Shown here: positions 1 through 11,491 of the stretch, one piece after another
Layout of the letters: each line of letters begins with the position of its first letter
Numbering within the stretch: the stretch's first letter is position 1
NCBI GenBank assembly: GCA_030324005.1
Contig: JARDVH010000073.1
Span: forward strand, 81,719,158 to 81,783,157
Source of the DNA: Negaprion brevirostris
Lineage: Eukaryota
Direction of reading: 5' to 3'
Length of the DNA stretch: 64,000 nucleotides
The notes under the pieces: generated by a model
Database searches by the model: none
The model's input: the letters and a program-made list of their open reading frames with translations, nothing else
Told to the model about the DNA's origin: nothing
Made by a program: the position numbers and the translations under genes

Positions 1-59
1 GTGTTGTCAGACTTTTTACTGTGTTTACCCCAGTCCAACGCCGGCAGACCCACATCATG
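1..59 (+). mobile_element. 3' end of a Penelope-like element (truncated by window edge)
   Basis: GTGTTGTCAGACTTTTTACTGTGTTTACCCCAGTCCAACGCCGGC matches the terminus of the copy at 600-660. Confidence 0.7.
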
Positions 60-170
60 ATTATTTGCATCAGGTGATGTCTCATTGGTAATAGGGTTGA
101 AAACGTGACTACCAATAGAGCACAACTAGAGAATTGAGGGGTGAGGAGAAGTCCATTATTCGAATAGAGG

Positions 171-660
171 ACAGTAAGAAGTCTCACAACACCAGGTTAA
201 AGTCCAACAGGTTTATTTGGAATCAAGAGTTTTTGGAGCACTGCTCCTTCATCAGGTGAATGGAGGTTAATTTGCTGGGATCTTGGGTTCATGACACACT
301 ACTTGTAAACCCCACTATACTGCCTGGGTTTGCAAAATCCTACTAATTGTCCTGGCTTGAGACAATTCACACCTCTCTAACTTGTGATTATCCCTCTCTC
401 CATGCACACTGTTCATGCCTGTAAATACTTGATTACCTGTAAAGAATTGCATTCCAAACATTCGTCATATTCTAATCTGTAATTATCTTGCAGTTGTGCC
501 TTTGCCTATATACGCTGTGTTTGTAACCTCCACTCACCTGATGAAGGAGCAGCATTCCGAAAGCTTATGATTCCAAATAAACCCAGTGGACTTTAACCTG
601 GTGTGGTGAGACTTCTTACTGTGCCCACCCTGAGTCCAACACCAGCATCTCCATATCATA
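171..660. mobile_element. Penelope-like element remnant with inverted terminal arms
   Basis: 171-265 is the reverse complement of ~525-623; the interior encodes DLGFMTHYL* (279-308), the typical C-terminus of the Penelope GIY-YIG ORF. Confidence 0.8.
534..570 (+). ncRNA. minimal type I hammerhead ribozyme motif (Penelope-associated), slightly degenerate
   Basis: TCAC-CTGATGA-A-GGAGCAGCATTCC-GAAA-GCTT-ATGA: CUGAUGA and GAAA core, stem II, palindromic AGCT stem III, stem I TCAC/(A)TGA. Confidence 0.7.
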
Positions 661-1077
661 GAATAGAGAAGGTATGTCAGAGTGCAAAATAAGAAGTTGC
701 TAAGGTTTGGTGGGCTGAGGTCATGGAGAGTTTAAAAACCAAGGATAAGAATTTTGATAAATGCTGAGCTATGGAGTGTCTGTGTGGTTGGATGGAGGCT
801 GAGAGATGGGTGCATGAGATTTGAAGTGAGTCAAGCTCTGAAGTTGTGAAGACTTCGGTGAGAGTTTCAGCAGCAGAAGAGATATGGTGGAGGCTGACTC
901 ATATTCATGAATTAAATATATCATATGTGCATGTGAGTCCACACACAGATCTGTACATTTTCAATCACAGTTCCGTGCCTGTGCTATTTGAAAAGTCCCC
1001 TGCAAACAACAATTGCATTTCTTTCCCTGTCTTCAAAATACTCCTGTTTTTCTCCATATAAAATATTTCCTTGACAT

Positions 1078-1285
1078 GGGCATGATGACACTGTGGTTAG
1101 CACTGCTGCCTCACGCTGCCAGGTTCTCAGGTTTGATTCCAGCCTTGGGTCGCTATCTGTATGAAGTCTGCATGTTCTCCCTGTGTCTGTGTGGGTTTCC
1201 TCCTCATGCTCTGGTTTCCTCCACACTCCAAAGGTATGCAGGTTAGGTTGATTGGTCATACTAAATGCACTGTTAGGGAGGGTCA
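1078..1285 (+). mobile_element. tRNA-derived HE1/V-type SINE
   Basis: A-box/B-box-like head (GTGGTTAGCACTGCTGCCTCAC...GGTTTGATTCC) and central TGCATGTTCTCCCTGTGTCTG-GTGGGTTTCCTC domain. Confidence 0.9.
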
Positions 1286-1560
1286 TAAATCATGAAATCT
1301 TTAGATGTTATTCTCTTAAATAACTGGGATATCTAATTTTATCTCTTTTAAAACAAGAAGTTACCGGTACCTAAATGGAATGTAAAAAAATTGTAGGTCT
1401 CATCCTGGCTAATAACAAAAAGTGGAAGAATTCTACTCTATGATTGTAACAAAATAAGGGCTTATCTGGGATTTTGAATCCACAGATGAGTTTGAGTGCT
1501 GGTTTGTACTAAATTTTGGGTTAACAGGATCGCGTGGTAAATTTTACTGTACTTATTGAG

Positions 1561-2022
1561 TTATAAGGAGAGGCTGAATAGATTGGGACTTTTTTCTCTG
1601 TAGCATAGGAGGCTGAGGGGTGATCTTATAGATGTCTATAAAATAATGAGAGGCATAGACAAGGTAGGTAGCCAATATCTTTTTCCAAAGGCAGGGGAGT
1701 CTAAAACTAGAGGGCATAGGTTTAAAGTGAAAGGGGAGAGATACAAAATTGTCCAGAGGGGCAATATTTTCACACAGAGGGTGGTGAGCGTCTGGAACAA
1801 GCTGTCGGAGGTAGTAGTAGAGGTGGGTACAATTTTATCTTTTAAAAAGCATTTAGATAGTTACGTGGGTAAGATGGGTATAGAGGGATATGGGCCAAAT
1901 GCAGGCAATTGGGATTAGCTTAGGGGTTTTAAAAAAAAGGGCGACATGGACAAGTTGGGCCGAAGGGCCTGTTTCCATGCTGTAAACCTCTATGACTCTA
2001 TGACTATGCCTCTATGACTCTA
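1561..2022 (+). mobile_element. CR1 (HER1-like) LINE 3' end
   Basis: ORF 1646-1918 RGIDKV..TRGHRFKV..FTQRVVSVWNKL..FKKHLD; tail GGGCCGAAGGGCCTGTTTCCATGCTGTAAAC(CTCTATGA)n. Confidence 0.95.
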
Positions 2023-2363
2023 TTGAAAAGCAGTTATGGTTTTGGCAGTTAATGTGTCTTTATTGGGCAGTGAGGATTTACCCCTAACTGAATTTGCACC
2101 AATTAACCATAGCTGGGTTACTAGCGTAAGAATTAAATTTGGATTTACCTGTAAAATTAGGGACTAAGAAAACACGCATAACTAAGGTAAAAGCACAACA
2201 TCTGGAATAGGGAGTAGAAAAGCCTGACCCAGATAAAACCTATCTTGAGTTTGCTGGAATTCGATTACAGATTAAGCTGTTTGAACACAAACAATAGAAA
2301 AAGGAAAACAAGCTTGAGACAAAAAAGTGGAGAAAAGCAAAAGTCTGAAGAGGAGAAAGAAAG

Positions 2364-2535
2364 AATCATAGGATCCCTACAAAGCATAAAAAGGCCATTC
2401 AGTCCATTGAGCCTGCACAGACATTAATCCCACCCAGGCCCTATCCCTGTAACCCCATGTATTTACCCTGCTAGTCCGCCAACACTAAGGATTAATTTAG
2501 CATGTCCAATCCACCTAACCTGTACATCTTTGGAA
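2364..2535 (-). mobile_element. 3' half of HE1-type SINE with CR1-like tail, inserted in gag
   Basis: Reverse complement of the SINE 3' part seen at 27770-27922. Confidence 0.85.
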
Positions 2536-3434
2536 ATGAGAAGGTATGATCTTGAACTCCAGATAGAAAAGTTATCAAGTGAAGAAAGGCAAAAGGAAAG
2601 AGACAGAGAGCTTCAAAGAAAAAAATAAAAATATAGTATGAATTGGAAAAAAGAAAAAAGTTAGGTTATATAGTTTAAGAAAAACTGTTCCAGTCAATAA
2701 ATTTGATAATATGGAGAATAAAAGTGATGAGAAAAAACCAGTCTGCTTTTATCACCGTAAGGTGGGATATTTAAGAGCAAATTACTGGAAGCTCAACATT
2801 AATTCAGTGGCAGTAAAAGGATGCCTGGGGAGTCTGTGGAAAGATCTACAACAGTGAAGAAATAGGATATTAAAATAGTGGCAATAGTACAATTGAAATG
2901 TGTTCCCTCAGAACTGGCTGTATGACTCAGAATAGTCAGGGGGAATTCTTCTCTAGGCACTAGAGAAGAATATTACACAGGTCTTTTCCTTTACTCCTCC
3001 AACAATACAAGTAAAGAAATTAATATTTTGAGTCCCACTGGGGTAGTCATTGATGGTGACTAATAGTGCAATTTATTTTCCAAGCGGCTTGATGGAAGAA
3101 AAAGTATTAGTAGGGATACTCATGGGACTTAAGAACCTGCTCCTTGTATGAAGTTAATTTATGAAGTGACTGAGTAAACTGAATTGTTGCTGTGGGACTT
3201 GATCCTGATTTACCTACAGATTTTAAACTGGGCATGGATTTAGCTGGTTTAAAATTATGACCATTCCCAGATTTTGAGAGAGCTGGCTAAGGTGAGAGAA
3301 ATGGAGAATTTGCAGGAGAAACATTTTGGATTGTTCCCAGAGTGTGTGACTAGAGCCAACCTCACCAGGCTCGATAGGATGGACTGGAGCAAGGACAAGC
3401 CCAGCACCAAGAAAAAATATTAGATGCAGATCAC

Positions 3435-4460
3435 ATGCAGGGAACTGGGATCTGCTAAGGAAAGCTGTTCCACGTGGAGAAAAAACTTACACACACAACA
3501 GATGAGTTAGATAATGAAAAACTAGAACTGATTAGAACACTTGAGCATCAATCTCAGGAAGTAGAACACTTGAATAACAACTTGAAATGTGTTAATGGTA
3601 AACGCGTAGAAGTAAATTCGACAAAGAAAAACCTTCAATTAAAATTAGATGAACTTTAAGGATCAGTAGTTTCTATTAGATATCATGACAAAAAGCTTTG
3701 AACTTGTAAAGAAACTACTGATGAATCGACACAGGTAGATGAATTTAGAATTTGAAAAAAACACTGGAACTTCATTGTGGAAAGAGTAATGAAATACTTG
3801 AACTCCAATTCAACCTGGAGAACAAAAAGCATGAGTTGTGTGGCATGGAAAAGTAGATTCAGATTTTAAAAGCAGCCAAGGAAAAAATTTGAGAAACAGA
3901 TTGAGGATCTGGCAAGTAAATTGAAAGAGTAGTCAGTAACCATGGAAAAAAGATTCTGAAATGAAATTGTGTCAAACTTGTGTCAAAAGGGTTCTGCAGA
4001 TGAAACAAAAGCAACAGAATTCAGCAGACTGGGCTGCATGAAAAGGTCAACAAGCTTGGAAAAGAATTGGGATAGAAGAAAATAAACACACAATAGGATA
4101 AAATTGTGAGAGAAGGGGAAATGAAGGTTGCACTTCTGATACGTCAGTGGGAAGAATAAGAGTGTGCAGGCTTATTCATCTGGTGTTGACCAAAAGAAGG
4201 AAATCTGTTCTGATGAAAGTGATGGAGGAAGATATTTTGAAGTTGGGGTTATCAGTCAGAAATACACACTTTCTGTTGCTAATGTAAAGGACCCGCTGAA
4301 GGCATGCTTCCATTGACAGAGGAGAGTAAGAAAACCCTTCTGTTCTTTTGCATTTAAATTAGGAAACTGATGTGAAAGTCAAATGTATCATACAGAGTGA
4401 CCACTGTGCATCCATACGTGGAGAAAGGGAGGCAGTCAGAGTATTGGTTTGCAATTCCAC
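3435..4460 (+). pseudogene. TPR: processed, internally deleted fragment of nucleoprotein TPR (N-terminal coiled coil)
   Basis: Colinear peptides matching vertebrate TPR as recalled: ELDNEKLELIRTLEHQSQEVEHL~[40 protein letters not shown]~[36 protein letters not shown]~KGNEILELKCNLENKKEE; KQIEDLASKLKE~KHVEDLLTKLKE; DKIVREGEMKVALLIRQWEE*ECA~[30 protein letters not shown]~EVISQH. No introns; stops and frameshifts present. Confidence 0.85.
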
Positions 4461-4970
4461 CAGAAAGAATGAAAAGCCATTCCCCAAATTAAAATATAAG
4501 CTGGTCAAGATGTTTCTAAGAAAAACTTCAATATGTCNNNNNNNNNNNNNNNNNNNNNNNNNNNNNNNNNNNNNNNNNNNNNNNNNNNNNNNNNNNNNNN
4601 NNNNNNNNNNNNNNNNNNNNNNNNNNNNNNNNNNNNNNNNNNNNNNNNNNNNNNNNNNNNNNNNNNNNNNNNNNNNNNNNNNNNNNNNNNNNNNNNNNNN
4701 NNNNNNNNNNNNNNNNNNNNNNNNNNNNNNNNNNNNNNNNNNNNNNNNNNNNNNNNNNNNNNNNNNNNNNNNNNNNNNNNNNNNNNNNNNNNNNNNNNNN
4801 NNNNNNNNNNNNNNNNNNNNNNNNNNNNNNNNNNNNNNNNNNNNNNNNNNNNNNNNNNNNNNNNNNNNNNNNNNNNNNNNNNNNNNNNNNNNNNNNNNNN
4901 NNNNNNNNNNNNNNNNNNNNNNNNNNNNNNNNNNNNNNNNNNNNNNNNNNNNNNNNNNNNNNNNNNNNNN

Positions 4971-5200
4971 CTCTGCAACTACAATGTGGAGTTGCCGGCG
5001 TTGGACTAGGGTAAGCACAGTAAGAAGTCTCACAACACCAGGTTAAAATCCAACAGGTTTGTTTGATAGCACAAGACACAAGCTTTTGGAGCGCTCCCCC
5101 TTCTTCAGGTGATGAAGGGGAGGTGCTTCAAAAGCTTGTGGCTTGTGCTACCAAATAAACCTGTTGGACTTCAACCTGGTGCTGTGAGAGTTGTTATTGT
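4971..5200. mobile_element. Penelope-derived near-spacerless palindrome
   Basis: ~5027-5108 and ~5112-5200 are mutual reverse complements; same terminal sequence as 171-660. Confidence 0.8.
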
Positions 5201-6129
5201 CCCAGTATCAGCACAGGGAGCAGTCAGGGGAAGGGCCACATTTTCTCAGTTCTACCTTCAGCTACTCTGAGTTTGGTTGAATCATTTGTTTTACTGAAGG
5301 TTTCAAGTAGAAAGCCTTGCTTACATCATGGTTTGTTTTAATGGCAGCCCGAGAGCACTGGCTTCCAAATACCTCAGGAGGGCTTGGCCATTCTGACAGT
5401 AGTGCACCTGTGTCAGGTAGCACCTCGAAACAATTACCATGGAACTGGGATTTGGGTGCCAAAACAAGCCCACACAATAAGGATAATGAGGAACTGAAGA
5501 GGCAGAAGCTAAAGTCCTGTCACTAACTCTGTTCAGCTGTGGCTCAGAGAAACCCATGGGGAGCTAGGGTACAGGGTAGCCCAAGAGCAGGTGGTAGGCC
5601 CATGCAGCTTGAGATGTGGAGCTGGTTAACTTTGGACTGGTATCATACAGATACCTTCATACCAGTCCCAGGTTAAACCTATATGTGCCAGATACTTATA
5701 CTGTAATAAACTTGAAAGAGAGGAGCTGAAATCCCTTGTGAGCAAGATAGATTTTAAAGAATTTATGTGACTCACAGTGATCACTAATGCCTGAATGGGT
5801 TGCTGAGGAATTCTTGGAGCTTGTCTTGGGCGTATTGTCCATTTATTATGTAGCTTTGGTGTGTTCATCCACAGGATGTCTGTTAATTCATATCTACCTC
5901 AAGCTAGTTATGTTATTTAGAGTATAAAATAGATTGTATTGACTTTTTGCTTTATTAACTTTTGTACAGTAAATTTTTTATCTGTTTATTAAAAACTGTG
6001 GATATTTGTGGCTTTATTTTCTTAGTAACTACTTTGGACTTCTAAGTTTGGCTACCTTAAAAAAAACTTATCCCTAACTGGATCACAAAATAATTGTGGG
6101 TCACAACCAGATTACAAATAAGTTTGCAA

Positions 6130-8250
6130 GACCATACCAAAGTTTGACTTTTGTCTTCTATCGTGACACTATCCACAATATCTACAATTTGATGATAAAA
6201 GCAGCAAAACACAAAAATGCTGATCACTTTAATAGCCGACCTAACATCCCCATTCCCAGGTAGGTTTGATAGGATTGGAAGTTTCAAGGATGATGCAGTG
6301 TTACATCTGTATACATGTGCTGTTCCATCCATTGATCCACCATGTAAGTATAACAGCCACATACAAAATAAGAGGAAAAGAGATGGCATGGTCTGAAAAG
6401 TCCAACACAATGGAGATTGGTGTAGTTCCATCATGAGTGTCATTAAGAATGATAGTTCTTTACATATTTGTTTAGAGCCAAGGTATCAAATGCAGATCAA
6501 AAATGATGCTCACCCCCACCCCCACAAAATTCCTACATTAAGGAACCAAATTTGTGAATGCCAAGTTCTTCTCTAAAGAAGAATGGCGAGAATCTGGAGA
6601 AGACATTCTAAGAACTAATGATGTTCCACACTCCTTTTCGGAGATGTTGATTTCAGAGGTTATCGTTTGGGCTTTTCATAAGCCATGGGTATTTCCCAAT
6701 AACATATGGATGCGATCACATGCAATATCTCAGGATGCATCTGCATATCTGACAACATTACCATTGTTAGCACAACTAAGCAGGAGTACAATCGTAATTT
6801 GCACCTTCTGATGGAAGCTGCATGCAGGGAAGATCTTGTGTTTGATAGTCAGAAATGCAACATCAACGCTGCACAGATCAACTTTTTCAGATCCATTCAT
6901 TCTAACACAGGTCTCCAACCTGACCTTGGGAAGCTAACAGATGTCAGTGCAATGCCTACTCCGCAAGAGAAAAATGATCACAACATTGCCTTAATATGTT
7001 TAATTTCCTGTCACCTTATATGTGTTACTTCGCCAAGAAAACCTCACCTTTTCATTGAATTCTGAGGAAACCATGGGCAGTACGATGGCACAATGGTTAG
7101 CACTGCTGCCTCACAATGCCAGAGAACTGGATTCAACTTCAGCCTCAGGTGACTGACTGTGTGGAGTTTGCACATGCTCCTTGTGTCTGCATGGGTTTCC
7201 TCTGGGTGCTCCGGTCTCCTCTCACACTCCAAAGATATGATGGTTAGGTTGATTGGCCATGATAAATTGTGATGTACACCAAAAGCTAGGCAACTTCATA
7301 GTTACATCTGACACCCTAAACCATCTACATAACCCTTCAAAATCTGCAGACATCTTACAGATCATCGTAAATAGATCTCATGGGAATTAGAGTAGAAGAC
7401 ATTCTACACTTTTGCCCATATATTTTGACCAATATGGAATGCCATGATGCAAGAGGAAACATTTAATTATCTTACTCCAGCAACTTGGGGAGACAGTGCC
7501 TAGTGAATGACCAGAGGCTTTCCAAGATGTTCCAGAGGCCATAAGATTATTTTGGCCCTGTAGAGGTGAACTCAGAACATCTCACAGTGTCATCTATAAC
7601 AGAAAGCACGTCATCAACTAGGGCCCATGCAACCTGACATCCTCCAATAGTTGCATCAAACACTCATGAGAATTGATAGAACCAGAAGATTAGCCAGAGA
7701 ACCGGTGTATTAGCCATGAATCCATCAGGACGTCAGAAAGGACATAAGGGAATGTGAGGAATGTCAAATCTTCATGTCATCGGAGGTAGCCACACATCCA
7801 TGGACCAGAGTCATGACTGATGTCTTTAGTGTCCATCAAGATGATTTCTTGATTGTAACAGATTCGGGCCAGAACTCTCTGAGCTCACCTGCAGCTGAGT
7901 CCTCCAGTCCCGTATCTATGAACAGCGATTTGGCTGAGCAGGGGTGTGCAAGAACAGAGAATTCCGTTTTCTGACCCCAAATTTTCCATTATCTATCATT
8001 TATATGACATATCTATTGTAACCATTGCAGATGCATTAAGTTTAATCTATAGCCTATTTGGAGCACCTCAAGTGGTTGTTTCTAATGATGGATCCTAATT
8101 CACTGGATGATCTTTTAAGACAATGTGTGAGAGGTGGGGAATGAACCATCCCACTTCATTACCACACTACTCCAGATGGTTTGAACTGTGAATTCCTTAA
8201 TCACGAAGTGCTGTCAAACAAAACACTATCTACAAGTGGCCTTGTTACAT
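6130..8250 (+). mobile_element. decayed Gypsy (Mag/K02A2.6-like) pol: RT and integrase remnants
   Basis: RT-like CISDNITI..HLLMEAAC..LVFDSQKC..INFF..GLQPD..AMPTP; integrase Zn finger LHQ..RTRRLAREPVY..CEECQ; core HPWTRVMTDVF..LIVTD and LFGAPQVVVSNDG. Confidence 0.8.
7075..7270 (+). mobile_element. HE1/V-type SINE inserted in Gypsy pol
   Basis: Same head and central domain as 1078-1285. Confidence 0.9.
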
Positions 8251-8289
8251 CTTATAGTGACACCAGTCAGTGTAACTGTTCCCCCACTC

Positions 8290-9330
8290 CATGTGTAAAA
8301 AAGTTCTTCCTACACGCCATTTATCTTGAATCTATGACCCTGGTTGTAGAATTCTTCACCAAAGGAAGCAATTGTATCCTGTCTGCTCTATCTCTCCTCC
8401 TCATAGTTTTGTAACCTCTTTCAAGTCATCCCTCGGCCTTTTTTGTTCCAAGGAAAATAACTTCAATCAATCCAATCTCTCTTCATAGCTATACTTTCCT
8501 AGCCTTGGCAACATTCTTGTAAATGTTCTCTGCACTTTCTCCAGAGCAGTTACATCCTTCCTGTAATATGGTGACCAGAAATGCACACAGCTGTGGACTC
8601 ACCAGTGTTTTATACAATTCCAACATTATGTCCTTACTTTTATATTCTATACCTCGGCCAATGAAGGAGAGCATTCCATTTGCTTTTTAACAACTTTGTC
8701 TACTCGAACTGCTGCCTTTAGGGACCTGTGCACTTGTACACTAAGACCTCTCACTTCATCTACCTTTCTTGGTATATCCACATTTATTATGCATTCCCTA
8801 TAATTGTTTGACTTCCCGAAATGCATTATCTCACACTTCTCTATGTTAAAATCTATCTTCCCGTTTACCATCTACTCCAGCAATCTACACGGATATTTTG
8901 TACATTACAGCTATCTTTTACACTATCAACTACTTGGCCAATCTTTGCATCAATGGAGAACTTTCCCATTGTGCTCCCCACATTCACGACCAAATCATTA
9001 ATATATAACACAAATGTCAAGGGTTCCAACACTGGACCCTGTGGAACATCACTTGAAACAACTTTCCATTCACAAGGGCATCCATTGATGATTATCCTTT
9101 GTTTCCTGTTACTAAGACAACTTTTGATCCAGTTTGCACCCTGTATCCCACGGACTTTTACTTTTTTGACCAACCTGCCATGTGGGACCTTGTCAAACGT
9201 CTTGCCAAAATCCATGTACACAACATTGACTACACCACCTTTATCAACCCTTCTTGTCCCTTTCTCAAATAATTCAATCAAATTTGTGAGGCAAGACCCT
9301 CCTTTAACAAATCCATGGTGACCATCCCCA
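8290..9330 (-). mobile_element. CR1 LINE ORF2 RT fragment
   Basis: VYMDFGKTFDKVPHGRL..VSSDVPQGPVL..YINDL; FNIEKCEIMHFG; RGIEYKSKDIMLELYKTLV. Confidence 0.95.
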
Positions 9331-9446
9331 ATCCTATCTCTCAGGACATAGTGTCAGGATTGTCTACTCTCATGACTGATCCTCTTAATTGTGCCTATCG
9401 TCACTTGCTTCTTCTGTTCGGTTTTCCCCTGCATTCTTCTAGACAT

Positions 9447-9710
9447 AATGTAGAGATGCTGGTGTTGGACTGGGGTAAACACATTAAGAAGTCTCACAAC
9501 ACCAGGTTAAAGTCCAACAGGTTTGATTGGTAGCAAAATCCACTAGCTTTCGGAGGGTTGCCCCTTCGTCAGGTGAGTGGGATTTCTATTCACAAACAGG
9601 GCATATAAAGACACAAACTCAATTTACAAAATAATGATTGGAATGCAAGTCTTTACAGATAATTAAGTCTTAACGGGACAGACAATGTGAGTGGAGCAAG
9701 TGTTATAGCA
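9447..9710 (-). mobile_element. Penelope-like element 3' region
   Basis: Same terminus and 3' UTR as 171-660. Confidence 0.8.
9540..9576 (-). ncRNA. minimal hammerhead ribozyme motif (best preserved copy)
   Basis: Reverse strand TCAC-CTGACGA-A-GGGG-CAACC-CTCC-GAAA-GCT-A-GTGG: intact CUGANGA and GAAA, CUA cleavage triplet, stem I CAC/GTG. Confidence 0.75.
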
Positions 9711-9953
9711 CTGGATGTTGCAGTTTTCTTGATATACACACACACAAGCATGGAGTCAGAACAGCCTCCCCAAACACCTGGATGAGAGAGAGAGAGAGAG
9801 ACGCTAAGTACTAACTAGCAAACCACCAACAACAGAATTTTCACTCCAGGAAGGCCAGGAGACCTGCTTCCAACTAGCCAGTAGAATCTATAATGCCAGG
9901 GAGAGAGACAGAGAAAAAAACCGCCTGCCACTTGTCAACCAGAGCAACTTCTG

Positions 9954-10025
9954 ACATAAGAACATAAGAAATAGGAGCAGGAGTAGGCCATCTAGCCCTT
10001 CGAGCCTGCCCCGCCATTCAATAAG
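9954..10025 (-). mobile_element. young CR1 3' tail abutting a gap
   Basis: ACATAAGAACATAAGAAATAGGAGCAGGAGTAGGCC..., near identical to copies at 11421, 29875, 40096 and 54441. Confidence 0.85.
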
Positions 10026-10377
10026 NNNNNNNNNNNNNNNNNNNNNNNNNNNNNNNNNNNNNNNNNNNNNNNNNNNNNNNNNNNNNNNNNNNNNNNNNNN
10101 NNNNNNNNNNNNNNNNNNNNNNNNNGGAACCACCTGACTTTGACTTGTCAATCAATCTTCCCTCTCACAATTCAGGATCATAGAAGATCCCAGAATGTAT
10201 CTGAGGCCCTGAGTAAAAATAAACAAAACCCCATTTAAACCATTGAAGCAGTAGTAAAAGGGCTTCTAACCAGACAGCCCAACAACAATGAAGCCAAAAG
10301 GCCTGCTTATAATTGCAGGGAACATGTTTTTTTTTTTAAATCATTTTTAAAGGTACACTGGCATCAGAAACAGAATT

Positions 10378-10668
10378 GTTTAAAGTTTATTTATTAGTGT
10401 TACAAATAGGATTACATTAACATTGCAATGAAGTTACTGTGAAAATCCGCTAGTTGCCACACTCTGGTGCTTGTTTGGGGAGATTGAGAGGGAATTTGGC
10501 ATGGCGAATGCACCTAACTAACACATTTTTTGGGAGGTAACTGGTTCACCTAGAGGGAGCCCATGCAGATGGGGAGAATGTGCAAACTCCCATGGACACT
10601 GACTCAAGTTGGGAATTGAACTGGGGTCCCAGACACTGTGAGGCAGCAGTGCTAACCACTGTGTCACA
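10378..10668 (-). mobile_element. HE1/V-type SINE with alternative (Rex1-like) tail
   Basis: SINE head at ~10668; tail TTTTCACAGTAACTTCATTGC..TGTAACACTAATAAATAAAC on the minus strand. Confidence 0.9.
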
Positions 10669-11290
10669 GATAACAATATGGTCACCAGCTATCACTTCAC
10701 CCACTTTCCCTTCAACGTTCCCCAAGATTAGGCCTAGAATTACATCTCCTTTTGTTGAATTTGTCACTCATTGGTTTAAAATATTTACCGGACACACTGC
10801 ATGAATTATTTTCCCTCAGCGCCTCTTATATTGTTGAAATCCCAGTTGATATTGGGATAGTTACAATCTCCTACTATTATTGCCCTCTTGTTCTTTAGGC
10901 AGAAATGTGCATATATATTGTCCTTTGATCTCCCTTCACTACTTGGGGGTCTATAATATATTCCCAGTCGTGTGACTGCCCCTTTTTTATTTCCAAGCTC
11001 AACCCATAAAGCCCCATTTGTTGACCATTTCAATATGTCATCCTGTCTCACAACTGGAATTGATTCTTTAATCATTAGTGCTACTCTCCCTCCTTTTTAT
11101 CTCCCACTCTATCGTGTCTAAAAACTCCATTGCTAGGAATATTGAGCTACCAATTTTGTCCTTTAGGCAGATTTTTGTTATAGCAATGACATTGTGCTGC
11201 CATGTGTCTAGCTGTGTTCTTAAATTGTCTACTTTGTTTGTAATTCTCCTTGCATTGAAGTATAAACAGTTTACCACATCAATTTCCCTT
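10669..11290 (-). mobile_element. CR1 ORF2 endonuclease fragment
   Basis: CLYFNARRITNK..VIAITK; LWVELGNKKGAVTRLGIYYRPP; IIVGDCNYPNINW. Confidence 0.9.
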
Positions 11291-11420
11291 GCTGGACACT
11301 TTTTAAACTTTCCTTCTCTAANNNNNNNNNNNNNNNNNNNNNNNNNNNNNNNNNNNNNNNNNNNNNNNNNNNNNNNNNNNNNNNNNNNNNNNNNNNNNNN
11401 NNNNNNNNNNNNNNNNNNNN

Positions 11421-11491
11421 NATCTTATTGAATGGCGGGGCAGGCTCGAAGGGCTAGATGGCCTACTCCTGCTCCTATTTCTTATGTTCTT
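11421..11491 (+). mobile_element. young CR1 3' tail abutting a gap
   Basis: TTGAATGGCGGGGCAGGCTCGAAGGGCTAGATGGCCTACTCCTGCTCCTATTTCTTATG. Confidence 0.85.

Larger units (their letters stand above)
1285..6116 (+). mobile_element. decayed non-autonomous Gypsy (Gmr1/SCAN-type) LTR retrotransposon
   Basis: Homologous LTR 3' ends at ~1290-1417 and ~5990-6116; degenerate tRNA-Pro-like PBS AGGGCTTATCTGGGATTT near 1457-1474; gag N-terminus from ~2036; decayed zinc knuckle PVCFYHRKVGYLRANYWKL ~2738-2795; protease remnants (LGMDLAG, FPECVTRA) ~3020-3360. Confidence 0.7.

Noticed and set aside
3435-4460. Functional TPR gene
   Set aside because: No introns, multiple stops and frameshifts, and large deletions
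4359-5079. Long ORFs spanning N runs (also ~17233-18022, 31685-32112, 47745-48495)
   Set aside because: Their length is an artefact of translating assembly gaps
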